A stretch of 48,831 bases of DNA from Anaerolineae bacterium (GTDB lineage Bacteria > Chloroflexota > Anaerolineae > UBA7937 > B3-Chlor). The notes beneath the pieces are model-generated. The model did not search any database. It was not told where the DNA came from and worked only from the letters and a program-made list of their open reading frames with translations. Positions within the stretch are counted from its first letter, which is position 1. Each line of letters begins with the position of its first letter. The stretch lies in the NCBI GenBank assembly GCA_035530015.1, contig DATKVP010000280.1, positions 1-48,831 on the forward strand. The letters run 5' to 3'. The position numbers and the translations under genes are program-made. This document shows positions 43,712 through 48,831 of this stretch, in pieces.

Positions 43712-43738
43712 AGCCCCGCCCACGTGGGCGGGGCTTTT
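43712..43738 (+). terminator. rho-independent terminator
   Basis: AGCCCCGCCCAC / GTGGGCGGGGCT 12-bp self-complementary stem, followed by TTTT. Confidence 0.8.
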
Positions 43739-43756
43739 CACCACAAAGGAGAACCC

Positions 43757-44104
43757 ATGAGAAACGTAGGGAAGCGCGCCAAATTCAGCACCAACCTTCG
43801 GGCCGTTGAGGCGCAGACACTCACGAACCGATGTGACCTCGAGAAGATGATGGGCCTGACGCAGGACGCGATCGAAGACGTGATGAAGGTTGTGCTGGCC
43901 GACATGCGGCAGACCACGCGTCTGACCGATCTGGAGCTGGAACGCCTACGTACTCAGGCTGGGGATCTTGAGGAGGAGAAGCAGGACCTGTTGACGTACG
44001 CGAACACGCTCCTCCACCACCACATGTGGGAAGCGTGGTGGAAGTTGCGGCCGTGGGATCGTGGGATCAACTGGAAGATGAGGCCAGACAGATGCCTTCG
44101 GTAG
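43757..44104 (+). CDS. hypothetical protein
   Basis: Start taken at MRNVGKRAK, with AAAGGAGAA upstream. Coiled-coil middle. Confidence 0.55.
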   Translation: MRNVGKRAKFSTNLRAVEAQTLTNRCDLEKMMGLTQDAIEDVMKVVLADMRQTTRLTDLELERLRTQAGDLEEEKQDLLTYANTLLHHHMWEAWWKLRPWDRGINWKMRPDRCLR

Positions 44105-45714
44105 GAAACTTCTTCGCTGAGCTGTACGGGCGCTGTGAAGACGGGTACACCATGTACGGTCCAATCAAAGGCCCGTTTAAGGCCTCTAGGACGTCCTCTC
44201 GCTGGGAGGAGTTGGTACAGGGGCAGGAGGACGTCTATTTCCGCCTGTGCCCCCTGGGGGCCGTTCCTGAGTCAGGGAGGGGCACACAGCGGGAGAGCAT
44301 TGCACTCCCGTTCCTGTGGCTCGACCTCGACTGCGGGGTCCACAACAACGGGAAGCAGTACTTCCCAACCATAGAGGAGGCAATTCAGTGGGTCAAAAAC
44401 TATCTGCCGTGGACCGCTATCGTCACGTCAGGCACTGGTGTGCACGCCTACTGCGTGCTCTCAGAGCCCCTGTCCATCAACGACGACGCGTCGTTCGAGC
44501 GTGCCTACGCGCTGTCAGCGAGGTTCCAGCAGTGGGCGCGGGACATGTGCAAGTACGACATCGACAGCACCCACGACCTGGCGCGTGTCCTGCGTGTGCC
44601 GGGTACCATCCACTCGGGGATCGGGAAAGTTGTGAAAATATACGAGCTGAGAACTGGGGAGGTGGCGAACACGGAGATGATGGAGTCCTTGCCTGTGCTG
44701 AAACAGCACACGCTGCCTACATCACAGTCCACCGAACGCGGGTTCGTGTTGGACCCGAACAGGCCGCTGGACACTGGGCTGCTGATGCAGATGAGCATGA
44801 ACAACCCAAAGTTCACGGAGACCTGGATGCGGCAAAGGCAGCCGGCGGATCCCAGCGCCAGCGGCTGGCGTTTCTCGATGATTTCTTTTCTGATGAACGC
44901 CGGGCTGGACCGACAGGACGTAGTGGACCTCACGCTGCGCTTTCTCATCGACCAGTGCAGGTACCTCCCAGGGGAGCTGAAGCTCGACAGACCAGATGTG
45001 TGGGCAGCAGAGATGACCAAGTGCAAGGTCGAAGACCTGAACATGGACGAGCTGGAGGAACTGATCGAGACTGCTTCCATTGACGACAGGATTGAGGCGA
45101 TCGCAGGTCTCATGGAGTTCCCACAACCTCAGCGACTCAAGGGGCTGTCCAGGTTCCTCGTGATGTCCAGCGACGACGAGGCCTCAGGTGACGTGTTCCA
45201 GCTACACATAGAGGTGCCGAACCAGGGAGTGGTGAAGGTAGAACTGAAGGACATCATGTCACGCACAGCGTGCCGCAAGACGATCTTCTCAAAGACCGGG
45301 ATCTGCCTACCGTACTACTCTGGCGGTGCTGCCGGTGCAGCCAACAAAAAGTGGGAACAGGCCGTTCAGGTGGCGTGGCACGCCGCTGAGGTGTACGAGC
45401 CTGTGCAGAGTGAGAGTGCTGAGCTGCTGATGCAGGCCATCAAGTCACAGATCAACACCGAGCTTGCGGCATCAGTTGAGGAGTCCAAGAGCACCGGCAA
45501 CCCATACAAGGACGGGGACACGTACGTGGTGCCGACGGCCGCGCTGAACACGAGGGCTCGGACGATGTACCCCGAGCTGCGCTCCAACCGCGAGCTGCAC
45601 GCGGCCGTCCGCGAGCTACGATCGGTCGGCATCGAGAAGCGTCCGCAGATGTACAACGGGGTCAGAATGGCGTGCCTTTTGGTGCCCGCAAAGTTGGTAG
45701 AGGACGCGTCGTGA
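44092..45714 (+). CDS. AEP-family primase-polymerase (prim-pol)
   Basis: FLWLDLDCG (DxD), TSGTGVHAYCV (sGxGxH) and VLRVPGTIH (hRhPGT) match archaeo-eukaryotic primase motifs. No Walker A helicase domain is seen. Confidence 0.75.
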   Translation: MPSVGNFFAELYGRCEDGYTMYGPIKGPFKASRTSSRWEELVQGQEDVYFRLCPLGAVPESGRGTQRESIALPFLWLDLDCGVHNNGKQYFPTIEEAIQWVKNYLPWTAIVTSGTGVHAYCVLSEPLSINDDASFERAYALSARFQQWARDMCKYDIDSTHDLARVLRVPGTIHSGIGKVVKIYELRTGEVANTEMMESLPVLKQHTLPTSQSTERGFVLDPNRPLDTGLLMQMSMNNPKFTETWMRQRQPADPSASGWRFSMISFLMNAGLDRQDVVDLTLRFLIDQCRYLPGELKLDRPDVWAAEMTKCKVEDLNMDELEELIETASIDDRIEAIAGLMEFPQPQRLKGLSRFLVMSSDDEASGDVFQLHIEVPNQGVVKVELKDIMSRTACRKTIFSKTGICLPYYSGGAAGAANKKWEQAVQVAWHAAEVYEPVQSESAELLMQAIKSQINTELAASVEESKSTGNPYKDGDTYVVPTAALNTRARTMYPELRSNRELHAAVRELRSVGIEKRPQMYNGVRMACLLVPAKLVEDAS

Positions 45715-45733
45715 AATCCGGGTGTATAGCGAA

Positions 45734-45767
45734 GGGTGAGGAGGGTTTTGCCTCCCCCTTTTTTTTT
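45734..45767 (+). terminator. rho-independent terminator
   Basis: GGAGG (45740-45744) / CCTCC (45751-45755), with additional G:C pairs possible, followed by a T9 run (45759-45767). Confidence 0.7.
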
Positions 45768-45769
45768 GA

Positions 45770-45901
45770 GTACCCTTTTACCGGTCAAGTTGTTTATAAT
45801 GAGTAGTTTACGTACCCATATTTTTACCCATAGCCTTTCTATAGTACGGGTACTCGCAGACACTCGGTCTCATTTAGTCCCATTTTGGTACACTTTTTAC
45901 C
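45770..45901 (+). repeat. AT-rich block with three GTAC(C/A)C-(N0-4)-TTTTACC repeats
   Basis: GTACCCTTTTACC (45770-45782), GTACCCATATTTTTACC (45812-45828), GTACACTTTTTACC (45888-45901). Also a perfect TATAAT at 45795-45800 and GTCTCATT twice. Confidence 0.7.
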
Positions 45902-45913
45902 GACATTTATTAC

Positions 45914-47617
45914 TTGTCTCATTCTCGTTTACGGAAGTCCTTGGGGAACCGACCACCATGTGGAGGCAAAACGTACCACAAGGTTCGCCATATACCCGTA
46001 GGTGCCCCAGTGCGTGAAAACCACTACACCATCGTGGGAGCCCCCGGCTCCGGCAAGACCACCGCACTTGTGGGTAGGATCGCCAAGGCCGTGGGTGAAA
46101 CAATGTACGGCGGCGACATCATGATCTGTTCCCTGACCAGGACAGCGGCACACGAGATCGCTGAACGTGTCAAGCTGAAGGTCCCCGGTGTTGAGTTCCC
46201 GCATGTCGGCACCATCCACGCGCTTGCGCTGCGTGCACTCAAGGTCATCGGTGACAACGTAAACCTTGTGTATGAAGAGGAGCACATTCGTGACTTCAAC
46301 CAGATCTACAAACGAAAACTCCCGCTTAATCTCGGAAACACGCTGTTCGATCCCGAGGGGCGGAACCGGTCGCTCATCCAACTTGCAGACGTCGATCGCA
46401 GACGAGCTTCTGGTCAACCCTCCTCTGAGTGGCCCTTTGTGACCCAGCAGTTTCACCACCAGTGGGAGGCGTGGAAGGGACTCCGAGGGCTGCTGGACTT
46501 CACGGATCTGATCGTGCGGGCCACCGCGGTGTGCCAGCGCCACCCAGCAAACCCGAAGTACATCTTTGTGGACGAGGCCCAGGACCTGAGCCGCCTAGAG
46601 ATGGGCTTGATTCGTCAGTGGGCGGAGGCCACCGAGAAGACCATCGTGGCCGGCGACGACCAACAGGCGCTGTACGAGTGGCGTGGTGCCAGTGTTCAGG
46701 ATTTCATCATGTTCGCTCCGAGTGAACACCAGTACGTTCTGCCACGGAGCTACCGCATGAGCCGAGCGATCTACGACCAGGCCAAGAAGTTCGGTGACAA
46801 GATCTCGATCAAGATCGAGAAGAAGTTTGATCCGGTCGGTGAAGGTGGCGTGGTTCTGAAGCGCCAGGCCATGAACCTAATGTCTGCGATCAACGCCGAC
46901 CTCGACGATGATGAGATCAACAGTGTCATGCTGCTGGCGAGCTGCGGCTACATGCTGAACCCGTACCTCAAGGAGCTGCGGAAGGCCGGTGTCCCGTTCC
47001 ACAACCCGTACCGCTCGCGGGCCGAGGGCAAGACCTGGAACCCACTGGGATCCAAGTACGCCAACGCGTTCAGGTACTTTCTGATGCCGAGCGAAGGTCA
47101 ACAGATGTGGACCTGGCAGCAGCTCTGGCGCGTGGCCAGCCCCATGAACAACAAGTACTTTCGCTTCATAGAGGCCGTGGCTGCCAACAGGCACAGCAAA
47201 AGGATGGTGGAACTGGACTTCTTTGACGAGTTCGATCTTGACGAGCTGTTCGTTGCAGCCTACCGAGGTGACTACAGGGCTTACTTCGACATGCTCGACA
47301 GGAAGCACAGGCTCGGCACCTCCCCTGGGTTCATAACTCCAATGAGCTACATCAAGCGAGTGTTGGACGCGCACGGTCGTCGTGCGCTGGACACCGCACC
47401 CAAGCTCGTCGTTGGCACGATACACAGCGTCAAGGGAGGTGAGTCTGACGCCGTGTACGTGCTTCCGACTCTGTCCCCGGAGGCGCAACGCAACATGAAC
47501 ACGAGGGCAGGACGAGACAGCGTGCTCCGCACGTTCTACGTCGGAGTGTCGCGCGCCAAGCACAAGCTGGTGCTGGTCCAGGACCCCAAGAACGCAAGGA
47601 GGTCAATGTGGCTATAA
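45914..47617 (+). CDS. UvrD/Rep-like superfamily-1 helicase
   Basis: Walker A GAPGSGKTT, motif II FVDEAQDL, VGTIHSVKGGESDAV and YVGVSRAKHKLVLV. The start is uncertain: TTG 45914 or in-frame GTG 46010, just before Walker A. Confidence 0.8.
   Translation: MSHSRLRKSLGNRPPCGGKTYHKVRHIPVGAPVRENHYTIVGAPGSGKTTALVGRIAKAVGETMYGGDIMICSLTRTAAHEIAERVKLKVPGVEFPHVGTIHALALRALKVIGDNVNLVYEEEHIRDFNQIYKRKLPLNLGNTLFDPEGRNRSLIQLADVDRRRASGQPSSEWPFVTQQFHHQWEAWKGLRGLLDFTDLIVRATAVCQRHPANPKYIFVDEAQDLSRLEMGLIRQWAEATEKTIVAGDDQQALYEWRGASVQDFIMFAPSEHQYVLPRSYRMSRAIYDQAKKFGDKISIKIEKKFDPVGEGGVVLKRQAMNLMSAINADLDDDEINSVMLLASCGYMLNPYLKELRKAGVPFHNPYRSRAEGKTWNPLGSKYANAFRYFLMPSEGQQMWTWQQLWRVASPMNNKYFRFIEAVAANRHSKRMVELDFFDEFDLDELFVAAYRGDYRAYFDMLDRKHRLGTSPGFITPMSYIKRVLDAHGRRALDTAPKLVVGTIHSVKGGESDAVYVLPTLSPEAQRNMNTRAGRDSVLRTFYVGVSRAKHKLVLVQDPKNARRSMWL
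47094..47115. repeat. palindrome family copy 7 (most degenerate): AAGGTCAACA-GA-TGTGGACCTG
   Basis: Read directly. It lies inside the helicase gene in a different codon phase (EGQQMWTW). Confidence 0.7.
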
Positions 47618-47790
47618 CTGGAGACTTCATCGAGGTGCTGCTGTACATGGAGGATTGGAGAGAGGGTGGCAGGTGCGCCGGAGACGCCGGAGACCAGCAC
47701 AAGATCGCGCTGATGAATATATTGCTACGCATCTTGGACGACCCGAAAAACAACACCATCGTGATGCGATGGAGAGAGGAAGGAGAATGA
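47608..47790 (+). CDS. hypothetical small protein
   Basis: GTG start with AAGGAGG 5 nt upstream. 60 aa. Confidence 0.55.
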   Translation: MAITGDFIEVLLYMEDWREGGRCAGDAGDQHKIALMNILLRILDDPKNNTIVMRWREEGE

Positions 47791-48056
47791 TGATGACCCC
47801 ATGCCCAAGGTGCGGATTTTTCAACTGCCACGGTGACTGTGAGGAGATGCCGGCGCGGTTCGACGTTGTCGCTCACCCGGAGCACTATACACAAGGCGAG
47901 ATCGAAGTGATTGACGCCATCGTGGACTGGAAGCTGAACTACTGCCTAGGCAACGTTCTCAAGTACGTGGCTCGCTGCAACCACAAAGGCAACAAGCGCC
48001 AGGACCTGCTGAAGGCCAGGCAATACATCGACTTTGAATTGGAGAAGAACACATGA
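47787..48056 (+). CDS. DUF3310-like small phage protein with N-terminal Cys cluster
   Basis: HPEHYTQGEIEVIDAI...GNVLKYVARCNHKGNKRQDLLKARQYI matches my recollection of the DUF3310 pattern (KY..R...K....DL.KA..Y). AGGAGA precedes the ATG. Confidence 0.5.
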   Translation: MMMTPCPRCGFFNCHGDCEEMPARFDVVAHPEHYTQGEIEVIDAIVDWKLNYCLGNVLKYVARCNHKGNKRQDLLKARQYIDFELEKNT

Positions 48057-48247
48057 AAGGCTGGATGTACCTGAAGGTTGAGATTGACGACATAGATCTG
48101 TGTCATACGTTCCACCCCAAGATGAGCTGCTGGACCGGTAAGACCGAAGACCTCACGAGGCAGGACTTCCACCGCGAGGTGGCCACGTTCATCAAGAAAG
48201 CCGAAGCGATGTTCGACCTTTCAGACGTACTGAAAGAAGCGGAATGA
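48053..48247 (+). CDS. hypothetical small protein
   Basis: 64-aa ORF with an ATGA overlap. Confidence 0.5.
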   Translation: MKGWMYLKVEIDDIDLCHTFHPKMSCWTGKTEDLTRQDFHREVATFIKKAEAMFDLSDVLKEAE

Positions 48248-48546
48248 AATACATGGACATCTGGGCCAAGCCGCAACAACACTTTTCAAAAGTGTTGGAA
48301 TCCCAGGGTCTCCGTGGCCGGGTCAAGGACTGGCCGGCCGACGCACAGGCCGCGTTCAAGGACCTCAAGAACCAGCTCTGGAAGTGGAGCAAGAAGCACG
48401 AGGCCGGCGGTCAACGACAGGGCCTCGGGCTCATCGCGTACATGGGCGTCAAGGCCGCATGGGAGGACACACCTCCAAAGACGACCATCAACTGTGAAAC
48501 AGAGGAGGACACATGGAGTACGATACTGAACTTGTCAAGAAAGTGA
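48244..48546 (+). CDS. hypothetical protein
   Basis: 100-aa ORF with an ATGA overlap. Confidence 0.5.
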   Translation: MKYMDIWAKPQQHFSKVLESQGLRGRVKDWPADAQAAFKDLKNQLWKWSKKHEAGGQRQGLGLIAYMGVKAAWEDTPPKTTINCETEEDTWSTILNLSRK

Positions 48547-48831
48547 AGGTCATGGTTGGACAAGGCCGCGGAGATCACGTGATTGCCGATAACCTCGGCA
48601 TCACGAGGCACATGGCCCGACGCATCATGCAGTACCTGAAGGGCAGTCCAATAGAACCGCACCTTCAGTCCATTGAGGAGACGGACAGCACCATGCAGGC
48701 GTCTGCTGTTTGCCAGGCCCGCAGCCTCGAGGCCCTGCTCGACATGCTCGACGTGGACCTCAACGCGTGGTACGTGGAACGCTGGGTCGGCAACCAGTGG
48801 GGCGACGGCAGCATGTGGCAGATAAAGGCGT
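48513..48831 (+). CDS. hypothetical HTH-like protein, 3'-truncated at the window edge
   Basis: GAGGAGG lies 5 nt before ATG 48513. The product MEYDTELVKKVKVMVGQGRGDHVIADNLGITRHMARRIMQYL is HTH-like. The frame is open to the last base. Confidence 0.55.
   Translation, partial: MEYDTELVKKVKVMVGQGRGDHVIADNLGITRHMARRIMQYLKGSPIEPHLQSIEETDSTMQASAVCQARSLEALLDMLDVDLNAWYVERWVGNQWGDGSMWQIKA

Noticed and set aside
45736-46017. 93-aa ORF in the AT-rich primase-helicase spacer.
   Set aside because: It starts inside the terminator T-run, has low GC3 and odd composition, lacks an RBS, and overlaps the repeat block. It is judged non-coding.

Overview
The window reads as a nearly complete, GC-rich, tailed dsDNA phage or prophage genome, probably podovirus-like. 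The host is likely Gram-negative, because the lysis cassette has separate i-spanin and o-spanin genes. A short leftward arm (354-2487, minus strand) carries a ParB-like/HTH protein and small zinc-ribbon genes. Everything from 2749 onward is on the plus strand in this order: terS, a free-standing LAGLIDADG-HTH gene, small genes, terL, portal, scaffold, major capsid, tail genes, lysis cassette, putative internal-virion proteins including a 2842-aa giant ORF, then a replication and early module. That module has an SNF2 helicase, a sulfotransferase-like gene, an array of small 'MSD...DDE' cassettes, an AEP prim-pol and a UvrD-like helicase. I recognised no tRNA, rRNA, CRISPR array, integrase, repressor or DNA polymerase. 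Both window edges cut ORFs. The structures not explained by ordinary annotation are: (1) seven dispersed copies of a 20-22 bp palindrome (G)AGGTCAACA-NN-TGTTGACCT(C); (2) seven consecutive gene junctions sharing the overlapping stop/start ATGAGTGA(C), two of them inside an identical 20-mer; (3) a G-run and tandem-repeat-rich 335-bp non-coding block after terS; (4) an AT-rich repeat block between the primase and helicase genes; (5) the giant ORF with two HExxH modules. All functional calls come from motif recognition by eye. No database search was run.
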